This document shows positions 1 to 9,158 of a stretch of DNA of 61,473 nt, piece by piece. Every line of letters begins with the position of its first letter. Positions within the stretch are counted from its first letter, which is position 1. Made by a program: the position numbers and the translations under genes. The DNA comes from an uncultured Candidatus Saccharibacteria bacterium (GTDB taxonomy: Bacteria > Patescibacteriota > Saccharimonadia > Saccharimonadales > UBA10212): the NCBI GenBank assembly GCA_964585885.1, contig CAZPFQ010000001.1:1-61473 (forward strand), written 5' to 3'. The notes below the pieces were generated by a model. That model was not told the DNA's origin. It did not search any database and worked only from the letters and a program-made list of their open reading frames with translations.

Positions 1-474
1 CTCCACTCAAAGATTTTTGGCCAGGCGCGTGACAGGGGATTGGTCTACCATGTGCATTCTAACCACCATATTTCGAGCAAGGCCACTGAGTGGTTTCTAA
101 ATGCCCAAGTTCTGGCCGAAAACGCTCCGGCTCTATGCGACATCGTTCTGGCGGAAATTAAGAAAGTCCAAAACGGTATCATTGACGACCATGAAATAGA
201 TGCCGCCAAACAGTACGCGCTGGGATCTTTTCAGCGCTCCATGCAAACGGTTGGTAGCGTGGCTTCGGCCTATGGCCGCTATTTCTTCGACGGCTATATA
301 GAAGACATGCGCGGCATCCCAGCTCGTATAAAAGCAGTCACCAAAAATGATATGGCTAGCGCTATGAGACAGATGTTCGAACCACAGTTGGGAAGCGTGG
401 GCGTTTTGGGCGGCACCGATTCGACTCTGCCCGGAAAACTCCATGAGCAGCTACTGCCGCTTTGGCGTAGCTGA
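1..474 (+). CDS. M16 (insulinase/pitrilysin-like) peptidase, C-terminal part; 5' end outside the window
   Basis: Frame 1 is open from nt 1 (LHSKIFGQARDRGLVYHV...) and continues into the 40..474 ORF. The sequence DAAKQYALGSFQRSMQTVGSVASAYGRYFF...IKAVTKNDMASAMRQMF resembles the non-catalytic C-terminal domain of M16 peptidases. This is pattern recall, not a search. Confidence 0.5.
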   Translation, partial: LHSKIFGQARDRGLVYHVHSNHHISSKATEWFLNAQVLAENAPALCDIVLAEIKKVQNGIIDDHEIDAAKQYALGSFQRSMQTVGSVASAYGRYFFDGYIEDMRGIPARIKAVTKNDMASAMRQMFEPQLGSVGVLGGTDSTLPGKLHEQLLPLWRS

Positions 475-501
475 GCCCTACCTTGGGCTATACTTACTGA
501 T

Positions 502-1590
502 ATGGAAGACGTTCGAAAATCAGCTGAAAAGCTGCGTAGCGAACTTGAGCTTGCTGCAGATAGGCTCAAATTAGTCGAGAAATCTAAAGAGCTCGAAGAA
601 ATTCGCGCGCTGATGGCTAAGGACGATTTTTGGAGCGACAGCGGTAAGGCTCAACAGCTGACAAAGCGCGAAGCCGAAATAAGCCGAAGTGTTCAGCCGT
701 GGCTAGATTTGCGCCGCTCTAGCGACGAGCTTTTGGAACTTGTAAAAATCAGCGATGACAATATGCGGCCCGAACTCGAGCAACAACTAACGGCACTCCA
801 GTCGCAGCTTGCAGGTCTCAGTAGCCAGCTACGCTTTAGCGGCCCGTATGATGAGCGCGAGGTTGTACTGAGTATATTTGCCGGTGCTGGTGGAACTGAC
901 GCCCAGGACTGGGCGCAAATGCTTCAACGGATGTATATCCGTTGGGCAGAAAGTAAAAAGTGCAAGGTAGAGGCTTTGGACGAGAGTCCAGGCGAGGAAG
1001 CGGGCATCAAAAGCGCTACTATAAAAATCAGCGGCGGTGACTTTTTGTACGGCAGACTGTCCGGCGAGCATGGTGTTCACAGACTGGTTCGGCTAAGCCC
1101 ATTTAACTCCGATAATCTTCGCCAGACCAGTTTTGCTAAAGTAGACGTGTTACCGCTGATTGAACGGCCAGATGAGCTTCAGCTTGATGAAAAAGATTTG
1201 AAAATCGATGTTTTCCGCGCCGGCGGCCACGGCGGTCAATCGGTCAATACCACCGACTCGGCGGTTAGGGTAACTCATCTGCCTACGGGCATCTCGGTAG
1301 TTATACAAAACGAGCGCTCGCAGCTGCAAAACAAGGAAACAGCTCTAAGTATCTTGCGCTCCAGGCTTATCCAGCTACAAATCGAACAACACGCCAAGAA
1401 CCTAGCCGAGATAAAAGGACCCAACGAGCATGCCTCATGGGGCAATCAGATTCGCAACTACGTATTGCATCCTTATAAGCAGGTCAAAGATTTACGCAGC
1501 GGCTTTGAATCATCCGATCCAGACAAAGTTTTAAACGGCGAAATTGACGCATTTATTGAAGCTTGGCTAAGTAGCCGAAAGCTAGCCTAA
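502..1590 (+). CDS. prfB: peptide chain release factor 2
   Basis: 362-aa ORF with the RF2-specific SPF tripeptide (VRLSPFNSD) and the GGQ motif (RAGGHGGQSVNTTDSAVR). It is one uninterrupted frame with a full N-terminus, so no programmed +1 frameshift site. Confidence 0.95.
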   Translation: MEDVRKSAEKLRSELELAADRLKLVEKSKELEEIRALMAKDDFWSDSGKAQQLTKREAEISRSVQPWLDLRRSSDELLELVKISDDNMRPELEQQLTALQSQLAGLSSQLRFSGPYDEREVVLSIFAGAGGTDAQDWAQMLQRMYIRWAESKKCKVEALDESPGEEAGIKSATIKISGGDFLYGRLSGEHGVHRLVRLSPFNSDNLRQTSFAKVDVLPLIERPDELQLDEKDLKIDVFRAGGHGGQSVNTTDSAVRVTHLPTGISVVIQNERSQLQNKETALSILRSRLIQLQIEQHAKNLAEIKGPNEHASWGNQIRNYVLHPYKQVKDLRSGFESSDPDKVLNGEIDAFIEAWLSSRKLA

Positions 1591-1634
1591 ACCGCACTTT
1601 CGCGGGTTTAATCAAACAGGGGTGGTAAGCGCTT

Positions 1635-1643
1635 TGGTATAAT
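1635..1643 (+). promoter_or_regulatory. candidate extended -10 element (TGGTATAAT) upstream of ftsE
   Basis: TATAAT at 1638..1643 is preceded by TGG, about 25 nt upstream of the ftsE ATG. There is no good -35. An imperfect hairpin (aaccgcactttcgcgggtt) follows the prfB stop. Confidence 0.3.
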
Positions 1644-1667
1644 AAGCGAGAATGATTCTACTCAGTA

Positions 1668-2351
1668 ATGATATTACTTGATCGAGTAACAAAGACGTAT
1701 AACAGACGAGGGCCAGCTCTTGAGCGTGTGTCGTTGCACGTTGAGCCCAAAGAGTTTGTTTTGATTGTCGGGCCTAGCGGCGCCGGCAAATCGACGCTTT
1801 TTAAACTGTTAACCCGGGAAGAAAAACCAACCAGCGGCAAGATAATCGTCGGCGGTATAGATTACGAATCTCTGAAAGACAATGATATACCGCTACTGCG
1901 GCGAAAAATCGGCGTTGTATTCCAAGATTTTAAACTGCTGCTAAACAAAACCGTCGGCGAAAACGTAGCTTTCGCCCTAGAAATTGCCGGTATTACTAAT
2001 AATGAGATAAAACACACGGTGCCAAAAGTCCTCGACGTAGTTGGGCTCAAAGGCAAAGAAAATAATTACCCTCTCGAGCTATCGGGCGGTGAGCGACAGC
2101 GTGTAGCTATAGCTCGCGCCATAGTCCGCCAACCCAAAATCCTAATAGCCGACGAGCCGACGGGCAACTTAGACCCCAAGCACGCCTGGGATGTCATTGA
2201 AGTACTGGAAAAAATCAACCGCTTTGGCACTACCGTGCTACTGACAACGCACAACCAGGAAATCGTCAATCGGTTAAGGCGCCGAGTTGTTACTGTTCGC
2301 GACGGCAAAATTGTCTCGGACCGCGCCGTTGGCCAATACAAGGACGCATAA
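1668..2351 (+). CDS. ftsE: cell-division ABC transporter ATP-binding protein FtsE
   Basis: Walker A GPSGAGKST, ABC signature LSGGERQRVAIARA and Walker B ILIADEPTGNLD. About 227 aa and directly followed by an FtsX-like permease. Confidence 0.9.
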   Translation: MILLDRVTKTYNRRGPALERVSLHVEPKEFVLIVGPSGAGKSTLFKLLTREEKPTSGKIIVGGIDYESLKDNDIPLLRRKIGVVFQDFKLLLNKTVGENVAFALEIAGITNNEIKHTVPKVLDVVGLKGKENNYPLELSGGERQRVAIARAIVRQPKILIADEPTGNLDPKHAWDVIEVLEKINRFGTTVLLTTHNQEIVNRLRRRVVTVRDGKIVSDRAVGQYKDA

Positions 2352-2355
2352 AGTC

Positions 2356-3297
2356 ATGGATAGCCACAAATTCGTAACTTTTGAGCGAATAGTTAAGAAT
2401 GGCTTTGTAGGATTTGGCCGCAACATCTGGCTGGCAATTGCGGCCATCGCTATGATGGCGATTACATTGACGATCCTGTTATTTGCAGTCGTGGCCAACT
2501 CTACATTTCGCCACACAATCTCTGAGATAACCAGCCACATCGATGTGTCGGTATACCTTAAAGACAGCGTTACCGAGGCCCAGCGTAATCAGCTTATAGG
2601 CAAGCTAAAGAAGACTGACAATGTTAAATCGGTCAGCTATACATCAAAAGAGCAGGCCCTGCTGACATACGAGAAGCAAAACGCCAACAACAAAGACCTG
2701 CTGGCGGCTATATCGCAGACTGATAATCCGCTTCCGGCGTCGATAGTTATAAAGCCAATTGACCCAAACAAGCTAGAAAGCCTAAAGGCATTTCTTGATA
2801 AACCCGAAGTCCAAGCTCTGCAATCTGATCCGACTAGCTACTCAGGAGACCGAAAAGCGGCCATAGATAAAATAACAAGCGCCACGCACTTTTTCGAGCA
2901 AGCGGGAATAGTCGGCATAGCCATCTTTGTTGTTATATCGATGCTAATAATCTTTAACACTATTCGCATGGCAATATTTAACCGCCGAGACGAACTGGTA
3001 ATAATGCGCCTACTTGGCGCCAGTACGGCTTATATCAGGGGCCCTTTTGTTGTTGAGACGATGCTTTACGGTGCCGTTGCGGCCATAATCTCGCTGATAG
3101 TTTGCGCCTCGCTTTTTGCCATAGCCAGCTCAACATTGCAGGCCAGCAGTTTAGGCCTGCTCGACATTACCTATTCGAGCGATTTCTTCAAGGCTCACCT
3201 CTGGGAGATTTTGACCGCACAAATTACGATTGGTATACTTATCGGTGCCGCCTCATCGACTGTTGCTACTAGGCGGTACCTTCGGCTCAGATCCTAA
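2356..3297 (+). CDS. ftsX: cell-division ABC transporter permease-like protein FtsX
   Basis: N-terminal TM, a roughly 100-aa extracytoplasmic domain, then three C-terminal TM helices, which is the typical FtsX layout. The start is trimmed from the ORF-track 2287 to ATG 2356 (MDSHKFVTFERIVKNGF...), 5 nt after the ftsE stop. Confidence 0.85.
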   Translation: MDSHKFVTFERIVKNGFVGFGRNIWLAIAAIAMMAITLTILLFAVVANSTFRHTISEITSHIDVSVYLKDSVTEAQRNQLIGKLKKTDNVKSVSYTSKEQALLTYEKQNANNKDLLAAISQTDNPLPASIVIKPIDPNKLESLKAFLDKPEVQALQSDPTSYSGDRKAAIDKITSATHFFEQAGIVGIAIFVVISMLIIFNTIRMAIFNRRDELVIMRLLGASTAYIRGPFVVETMLYGAVAAIISLIVCASLFAIASSTLQASSLGLLDITYSSDFFKAHLWEILTAQITIGILIGAASSTVATRRYLRLRS

Positions 3298-3417
3298 AGG
3301 ACTGGAAGAGCCGCTCGGGAAGCCTTGTTTTAGCTTCTCGCCCAAGAGTGATAATAAAGATCTCAAGTTAAAGAAATTCATTAAATAAAGTCTTTTAAGA
3401 TTGCAAGCTCTAGCATA

Positions 3418-3445
3418 TTGCATCAGAGCAGGGGTATGGTATTAT
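3418..3445 (+). promoter_or_regulatory. candidate sigma-70 promoter TTGCAT-16 nt-TATTAT with TG extension
   Basis: TTGCAT at 3418..3423 and TGGTATTAT ending at 3445. The implied transcription start near 3452 argues for ATG 3474 rather than the ORF-track start at 3450 for the next gene. Confidence 0.4.
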
Positions 3446-3473
3446 CGAAGTGTTAGCACCAAAACAAAAAAAC

Positions 3474-4598
3474 ATGCAAAAGTTCCAAATTCGCGCTCGT
3501 CGGGCTATTAAATTGCGGCCACTGGCCGTTGTCTTTGTAGTGGCGGCTGTTTTGGCCGGCGGTATATTTTTCACGGGGGCCGTCAAAGCCGATCAATTTG
3601 ACCAGAAGATAAAGGCTTTGGAGAGACAAAATGCCGCATCTCAATCCAGGGCCAATCGGTTGGCAGACCGAGCCAGCTCGTACCAAGATGCCGTTAATCG
3701 CCTCGATTCTCAGATTAATAAACTGCAGGCTCAGATTGTGGCTAACCAAGTGGCCAGCCAAAAGCTGCAGGCTCTTATAAAAAAGAAGAAAGCCGAGCTC
3801 GAGCATCAAAGGCAAGTCCTGGGTGAAAATATTAAAGCCATGTATCTGGAGGGAGAAATCTCTACCTTAGAGATACTCGCCAGCAGTAACGACCTAAGCG
3901 AGTTTGTTAATAAGGAAGTTTCCCGCAATGCCGTCCAAAATAAAGTAAAGGACACGGTTGACCAGATTACACAATTAAAAATACAGCTTGAGCAAAAACA
4001 GCGTGAGCTTCAGAGTCGTATCCGCGACCAGAAGGATCGACAGAGTGAGCTGGCAGCTACCGAGGCCGAGCAAAGCCAATTGCTGGCATTTACCGAATCG
4101 CAAAAAGCTGACTTTGAAGCCCAAATACGCAGCAATAACCAAGAGATTGCCCATCAGCGGGCTATGCAACTGGCTTCTAACCAAGCCCTTGGCGGCCATG
4201 TAGTAGCCGGCGACCCGGGGCACGGCGGCTACCCAGCATATCTTGATAACGCCTATCAGGACTCTCTTGTTGACCCCTGGGGGATGTTTAACCGCGAATG
4301 TGTAAGCTACACAGCCTGGAAAGTCCAGCAAGCCTTTGGCTATATGCCGTATTGGGGCGGTCATGGCAACGCCAACCAATGGCCTGCTAGCGCCCGTGCC
4401 GACGGTATTCCGACCGGAAGCACACCGCGCGTTCATTCTGTTGCCATATCGATGGGAGGGGCTTATGGCCATGCCATGTGGGTTGAAGCCGTGAGTGGCA
4501 ATATGATTTATGTCTCGCAGTACAACTTCGACCTTGCCGGTCACTACTCAGAAATGTGGGTCAACGGCTCTAACTTCACTTACTTATATTTCGGCTAA
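3474..4598 (+). CDS. secreted coiled-coil + CHAP-domain peptidoglycan hydrolase (PcsB-like architecture)
   Basis: Signal/TM segment (LRPLAVVFVVAAVLAGGIFF) and about 200 aa of heptad-rich Q/K/E/L sequence. The C-terminal CHAP domain has candidate catalytic Cys (FNRECVSYTAWKV) and His (AYGHAMWVEAV). Confidence 0.75.
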   Translation: MQKFQIRARRAIKLRPLAVVFVVAAVLAGGIFFTGAVKADQFDQKIKALERQNAASQSRANRLADRASSYQDAVNRLDSQINKLQAQIVANQVASQKLQALIKKKKAELEHQRQVLGENIKAMYLEGEISTLEILASSNDLSEFVNKEVSRNAVQNKVKDTVDQITQLKIQLEQKQRELQSRIRDQKDRQSELAATEAEQSQLLAFTESQKADFEAQIRSNNQEIAHQRAMQLASNQALGGHVVAGDPGHGGYPAYLDNAYQDSLVDPWGMFNRECVSYTAWKVQQAFGYMPYWGGHGNANQWPASARADGIPTGSTPRVHSVAISMGGAYGHAMWVEAVSGNMIYVSQYNFDLAGHYSEMWVNGSNFTYLYFG

Positions 4599-4664
4599 CT
4601 CTCAGGTTGCCTACGCTATAATCTAAAACATTAGCTTCTAGATTTTAATGTCGAAGGGTAGATA

Positions 4665-5891
4665 TTGGAGCAACATCGGATAAAAGAACATCCGCAGTCT
4701 AAGAAAAAAAACCAAATTATAAAGTGGCTAGGCTTTGCACTGGTTACAGTGGGATTTTTTGCTGTTGGCTTAGCTGTTGGCAGGGGTAGCATACATCTAG
4801 GTCGTCTCAGTTCTACGATATCAACGGGGGGCAGCGGCGTCTTTGATTATTCCTCGGTAGACCAAGTATATAAACTGCTAAACAGTGACTTTGACGGTAA
4901 TCTGGATAAAGGCAAATTACTCGACGGTATAAAGTCGGGCCTAGTGTCGGCCACTGGCGACCCATATACCGAATATTTCAATCCCAAAGATGCTAAAGAT
5001 TTTAATGATCAGCTCTCGGGTAGCTTTACGGGCATAGGAGCCGAGCTTGGCAGTGATAGCGATAATAACATCGTCATCGTCTCACCATTATCTGGCTATC
5101 CCGCTCAAAAGGCCGGCCTAAAGCCCAAAGATGTAATTGCCGCCGTAAACGGCCAAACAACCAGTGGCATGAGTGTCGGAGCAGTAGTACGCAAAATACG
5201 CGGCCCAGAAGGGTCATCTGTGACGCTGACTATGGTGCGGGATAACGGCAAGCCATTTGACGTTAAAATAACCCGTACATTAATAAACATACCGAGCGTT
5301 ACATACAGCGTAAAAGGTAAGATTGGTTATCTAAAGGTAAACCAATTTACTAAAGATACTGTAGAACTGGCCGGCAAAGCGGCTGAGCAGTTCAAAGCCA
5401 AAGGAGTTAAAGCCATCGTGCTTGATTTGCGCGGCAACCCGGGCGGCTATTTGGATGGCGCCGTGTCTATCTCGAGTATGTGGCTTCAAGATGGTAAGAC
5501 AGTAGTTTCGGAGCGGCGTGGTAACGCGGTGCTTTCAACCAAATACTCAAGTGGCGACAGCCCCTTCAAAGGTATTCCAACGGTCGTCTTGATAGATAAC
5601 GGCTCGGCCAGTGCTTCTGAAATCACGGCTGGCGCTCTGCGCGATAACGGCGTGGCCACCCTAGTCGGCGTAAAAAGCTTTGGTAAAGGCAGCGTCCAGG
5701 AAGTCGAGGATCTAGCCGACGGCTCAGAAGTAAAGATTACCATAGCCCGCTGGTATACACCTGCCGGGCGCAACATCGATAAACAGGGTATAACCCCAGA
5801 CGTTGTCGTTAAAATCTCAGACGCCGATCAGAAGGCCTCAATAGATCCGCAAAAAGTCAAAGCCTACCAAATCCTCAGTAGTAAATTATAA
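4665..5891 (+). CDS. ctpA: carboxy-terminal processing peptidase, S41 family, with PDZ domain
   Basis: TTG start, N-terminal TM and a PDZ-like segment (GYPAQKAGLKPKDVIAAVNG). S41 motifs are DLRGNPGGYL and VLIDNGSASASEI. Confidence 0.85.
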   Translation: MEQHRIKEHPQSKKKNQIIKWLGFALVTVGFFAVGLAVGRGSIHLGRLSSTISTGGSGVFDYSSVDQVYKLLNSDFDGNLDKGKLLDGIKSGLVSATGDPYTEYFNPKDAKDFNDQLSGSFTGIGAELGSDSDNNIVIVSPLSGYPAQKAGLKPKDVIAAVNGQTTSGMSVGAVVRKIRGPEGSSVTLTMVRDNGKPFDVKITRTLINIPSVTYSVKGKIGYLKVNQFTKDTVELAGKAAEQFKAKGVKAIVLDLRGNPGGYLDGAVSISSMWLQDGKTVVSERRGNAVLSTKYSSGDSPFKGIPTVVLIDNGSASASEITAGALRDNGVATLVGVKSFGKGSVQEVEDLADGSEVKITIARWYTPAGRNIDKQGITPDVVVKISDADQKASIDPQKVKAYQILSSKL

Positions 5892-5971
5892 GCAAACCCC
5901 AGGCGGTAGGCTCTCCAGTCTGATTGTGCTATATTTCTAGGGAATAAAGAGGCAAGGGGATAAATCTAACC

Positions 5972-7588
5972 ATGGCCAGAGCGTCCAGGGCTCAGACTAA
6001 GTATATTTTTGTTACCGGCGGTGTGTTATCCGGAGTAGGTAAAGGCATTACTGCCGCTTCTATCGGTACCATTCTTAAAGCCCGCGGCCTATCTGTCAAC
6101 ATCCAAAAGTGCGATCCCTATCTTAACGTCGATGCCGGCACGCTAAATCCCGCCGAGCACGGCGAGGTATTTGTAACGGCGGATGGCGCAGAAGCCGATC
6201 TAGACCTTGGACACTATGAACGATTTTTGGACATGGAGCTTACATCGGCGAGCAGCTTAATGTCTGGGCGTATCCTGCAAAAAGTTATTGCCGATGAGCG
6301 CGCCGGAAAATACCTGGGTAAAACCGTACAGATAATCCCCCATGTTACAAATTCCATCCAAGAAGGGATTAGTAACTGCGGTAGCGGGTTTGATGTCCAT
6401 ATCGTCGAGATTGGCGGCACGGTGGGCGATTATGAATCACTGTCTTTCATTGAAGCCATACGCGAAATGGGACTAAAGAAAGGGGTAGACAATTGTCTTT
6501 ATGTACATGTAGTTTACATGCCCTATTTGGGAGCCAGTGGTGAATTCAAGACCAAGCCAGCCCAAAACTCCGTCCGTGAGCTGCGAGGGCTTGGAATCGT
6601 GCCCGATGTGTTGGTCGCCAGAAGCGAAGTGAAGCCGCCGCGTAATGTACTTTCTAAGCTGAGCCTATTTAGCGGTGTGGACAAAAGCGCCATAGTCCTA
6701 CTGCCAAATGCTTCTACTATCTATCAGGTTCCTCTGACTCTGGAAGACGCCGATATGGCCGGGGTGATATCGCGGCGCTTAGGGATGAGACCAGACAGGC
6801 CAGATTTGAAGGCTTGGCAGCGTGTGGTTAGCTCGGCTATGAAAAAATATCGAAAGACACTTCGCATCGGTGTTATTGCTAAGTATCTAAATAACCAAGA
6901 TACATACATGTCGCTGTTTGAGTCGTTAAAGACGGCTGCTTGGGCCAACGATACTAATTTAGACATCGTTTGGATTGACGCCGAGGAACTGGAAAAAAAC
7001 GCTAAATCTCTAGACCAACTGTCTAAGCTCGATGGCCTGGTGGGGCTTCCGGGCTTTGGTAGCCGAGGTAGCGAGGGTAAAATAGCCGCCGCCAGCTTTG
7101 CCTACAGCAATAAATTACCCTATCTTGGCATTTGCTTAGGTATGCAAATGTCGGTTATAGCTTTGGCCAGAGCCGCTGGGGTGAAAAATGCCAATTCAAC
7201 CGAGTTCGAACCCGGGACTGCAGAACCGGTAATAAGTACTATGGCCGAGCAAATTGGCAAGGAAAACACCGGCGGTACCATGCGCCTGGGGGACTATCCA
7301 TGCGCGCTGGCCCGAGGCAGCCTATCGAGGCGTCTATATGGCCAAGCGGAGATCATTGAACGCCACCGCCACCGCTACGAAGTTAACAATGATTATCGTG
7401 ATAAATATGAATCCTGGGGTATACGCATCAGTGGCACCTCGCCCGACGGGAATCTGGTCGAGATGATTGAAGCCATCGAGCATCCGTTCTTTGTTGGCAC
7501 GCAAGCCCACCCCGAATTCCGCTCACGACCGGACCGGCCGCACCCGCTGTATAGCGGTTTTATAAAAGCCGCCCTATCTAAGCGCTAA
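5972..7588 (+). CDS. pyrG: CTP synthase
   Basis: KYIFVTGGVLSGVGKGI N-terminus and glutamine amidotransferase motifs GICLGMQ and HRHRYEVN. 538 aa. Confidence 0.97.
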   Translation: MARASRAQTKYIFVTGGVLSGVGKGITAASIGTILKARGLSVNIQKCDPYLNVDAGTLNPAEHGEVFVTADGAEADLDLGHYERFLDMELTSASSLMSGRILQKVIADERAGKYLGKTVQIIPHVTNSIQEGISNCGSGFDVHIVEIGGTVGDYESLSFIEAIREMGLKKGVDNCLYVHVVYMPYLGASGEFKTKPAQNSVRELRGLGIVPDVLVARSEVKPPRNVLSKLSLFSGVDKSAIVLLPNASTIYQVPLTLEDADMAGVISRRLGMRPDRPDLKAWQRVVSSAMKKYRKTLRIGVIAKYLNNQDTYMSLFESLKTAAWANDTNLDIVWIDAEELEKNAKSLDQLSKLDGLVGLPGFGSRGSEGKIAAASFAYSNKLPYLGICLGMQMSVIALARAAGVKNANSTEFEPGTAEPVISTMAEQIGKENTGGTMRLGDYPCALARGSLSRRLYGQAEIIERHRHRYEVNNDYRDKYESWGIRISGTSPDGNLVEMIEAIEHPFFVGTQAHPEFRSRPDRPHPLYSGFIKAALSKR

Positions 7589-7594
7589 TAATTC

Positions 7595-7867
7595 CTATTC
7601 GACAATAATTTCCGTCCGAGGAACGGAACGTCCAGAAAAACTTTTGACCCGGCGCGATTTAAATTGAACGACCCCATCTTTGGCGGCGTGAACAGTATAG
7701 TCGCGGGCCAGGAAGGTACCATTGCCGGCACGCTTTGTCATACCGACTTGGCGCATGAGTACGTCACCGGTTTTAACCTTTTGGCCGCCATAAACTTTCA
7801 AGCCCAGCCGCTGTCCTGGGCTATCGTGGATATTTTTACTGGTACCGCCGGCTTTGGTCTTAGACAT
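7595..7867 (-). CDS. rpmA: 50S ribosomal protein L27
   Basis: MSKTKAGGTSKNIHDSPGQRLGLKVYGGQKV... matches the L27 hallmark KAGGS-x-N-GRDS-x-RLG-K; 90 aa. No rplU lies directly upstream. Confidence 0.95.
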   Translation of the reverse strand: MSKTKAGGTSKNIHDSPGQRLGLKVYGGQKVKTGDVLMRQVGMTKRAGNGTFLARDYTVHAAKDGVVQFKSRRVKSFSGRSVPRTEIIVE

Positions 7868-7877
7868 CTGATTCTCC

Positions 7878-9077
7878 TTAGAGCCTATTTAAAACTAAAA
7901 GTTCGCGGGCGACGGTTTGGTTTTCGCGGTGATATATCAAGTCGCTATCGCGAACGTGCTTAAAGCGTTTTCTATTGTAACCCACATCTGTTAATTTGGC
8001 AATTATGGGCAGGTGGATAAATCCGCCCTCCGGTTTGCGCCACGCCGGAACAGCCAGGGCAAGCATTCTACTGCCACCTATCTGGCTCTTGATGTTAATT
8101 AAGAAATCCTCGATTGTTTTATCTGCCTCGTCCCTTATTTTGTACATTTTCTCGGGGCGGGGCAGCATATTTAGCGGCGGTCCTAAATCGACCTCACTGG
8201 CGATGGCGCTAAAGGCTGGCCATCGACCGCTGAGCGCGTCGCCTTGCTCGATAACAACTTGGCCTTGAAGATTCGGATATTTATCAAATAGCCATCTAAT
8301 ATTGTTGGTGGCATAATCGACCATTTTTGGATTAATATCGCTGCCGATTACATGGTAGCCCATAAGTAGTGCCTCTTGTAGAACGACGCCACTGCCGCAA
8401 AAAGGATCGAGTATCCGTATTTTTGCGGGGTCCTTGTCTGCCAGATGCCCAGCCGCTAAATTTACAAGGATTTGAGCTAATTTGGGGGGAAGCATTCCTG
8501 CACGGGCATCCCGCGAGGGCCGCGCCTGGTCACGCGCGGCATAGCCCTCGATGTCTTGGACAAATATTGTCTGTGCCAGAATAGTATTATTGCCGCTGGA
8601 AAATATAATAAGTTCCCACGCGCCTCTATGAGTTAGCTTGTTGTGGAGCACCTGGGCGCTGTTTAAGGCTAGTGACTTGTTTGGAACTACCCGCACCGGC
8701 CGACCGGTCTGTTTTACGACACGCTTTAACTCAAGGGCAGCGCGATTGAGTTCCGGCAGGCTGACGCTCAAACCATAAACGCTTAAGCCTAGAGTAAATT
8801 TGCCGTCTGGCAAATGCTCCGTATGCTTAGGCACGTTGTCGAGTAAGTATCGTTTGACTTTGGCGAAATTATTAAAGGGTAATTCGGCAAGAACTTTGGC
8901 AGTTTTCTGGGTCCCGCCTAGCCGCTGAAAGTTTATATCGCCCGGCGCAATATCTAGTAATGCACCGCCAGGCACAGGTCTGACGGCCGGAGCGCCATAA
9001 AGGCTTTCCAGCTCGGCCAATCCGATTGCCGGCTGGCGGCCTAATATACATAACGAGGACGGTTTAAAGTCTGTCAT
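7878..9077 (-). CDS. SAM-dependent methyltransferase, UPF0020/Trm11-like (probable RNA methyltransferase)
   Basis: SAM-binding motif I ILDPFCGSGVVLQEALLMG follows a roughly 200-aa N-terminal domain of the kind seen in Trm11/RlmL-type enzymes. The substrate is not determinable from sequence. Confidence 0.55.
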   Translation of the reverse strand: MTDFKPSSLCILGRQPAIGLAELESLYGAPAVRPVPGGALLDIAPGDINFQRLGGTQKTAKVLAELPFNNFAKVKRYLLDNVPKHTEHLPDGKFTLGLSVYGLSVSLPELNRAALELKRVVKQTGRPVRVVPNKSLALNSAQVLHNKLTHRGAWELIIFSSGNNTILAQTIFVQDIEGYAARDQARPSRDARAGMLPPKLAQILVNLAAGHLADKDPAKIRILDPFCGSGVVLQEALLMGYHVIGSDINPKMVDYATNNIRWLFDKYPNLQGQVVIEQGDALSGRWPAFSAIASEVDLGPPLNMLPRPEKMYKIRDEADKTIEDFLINIKSQIGGSRMLALAVPAWRKPEGGFIHLPIIAKLTDVGYNRKRFKHVRDSDLIYHRENQTVARELLVLNRL

Positions 9078-9158
9078 TGCTTCTATTGTAATATGTATGC
9101 AGATGAATCATCTTGGCGGCCGAGCGTCGAAACGCGCTCAACCATTGCGAGAGGCAGC

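Noticed and set aside
502-600. Programmed +1 frameshift site in prfB.
   Set aside because: I looked for an early in-frame TGA with an upstream SD-like element, as in many bacteria. The gene is a single continuous frame from ATG 502 with a complete N-terminus.
2287-2355. ORF-track N-terminal extensions at 2287, 3450, 9093, 10603, 18970, 19577, 24580, 25817, 39565 and 57340.
   Set aside because: The extensions overlap the preceding gene, run through promoter, operator or terminator elements, or precede an internal ATG with a better RBS and a native-looking N-terminus. The starts were trimmed as noted in the features.
3975-4544. Long antisense ORFs inside well-supported genes: 3975..4544(-), 24185..24646(-), 31164..31763(+), 32666..33286(+), 36229..36789(+), 45261..45767(+), 39724..40002(+), 42775..43119(+) and others.
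   Set aside because: Each lies opposite a gene with clear family motifs (CHAP hydrolase, mraY, ATPase, HTH protein, dprA, gltX, response regulator, polymerase). Their translations are low-complexity with no motifs. They are treated as shadow ORFs.
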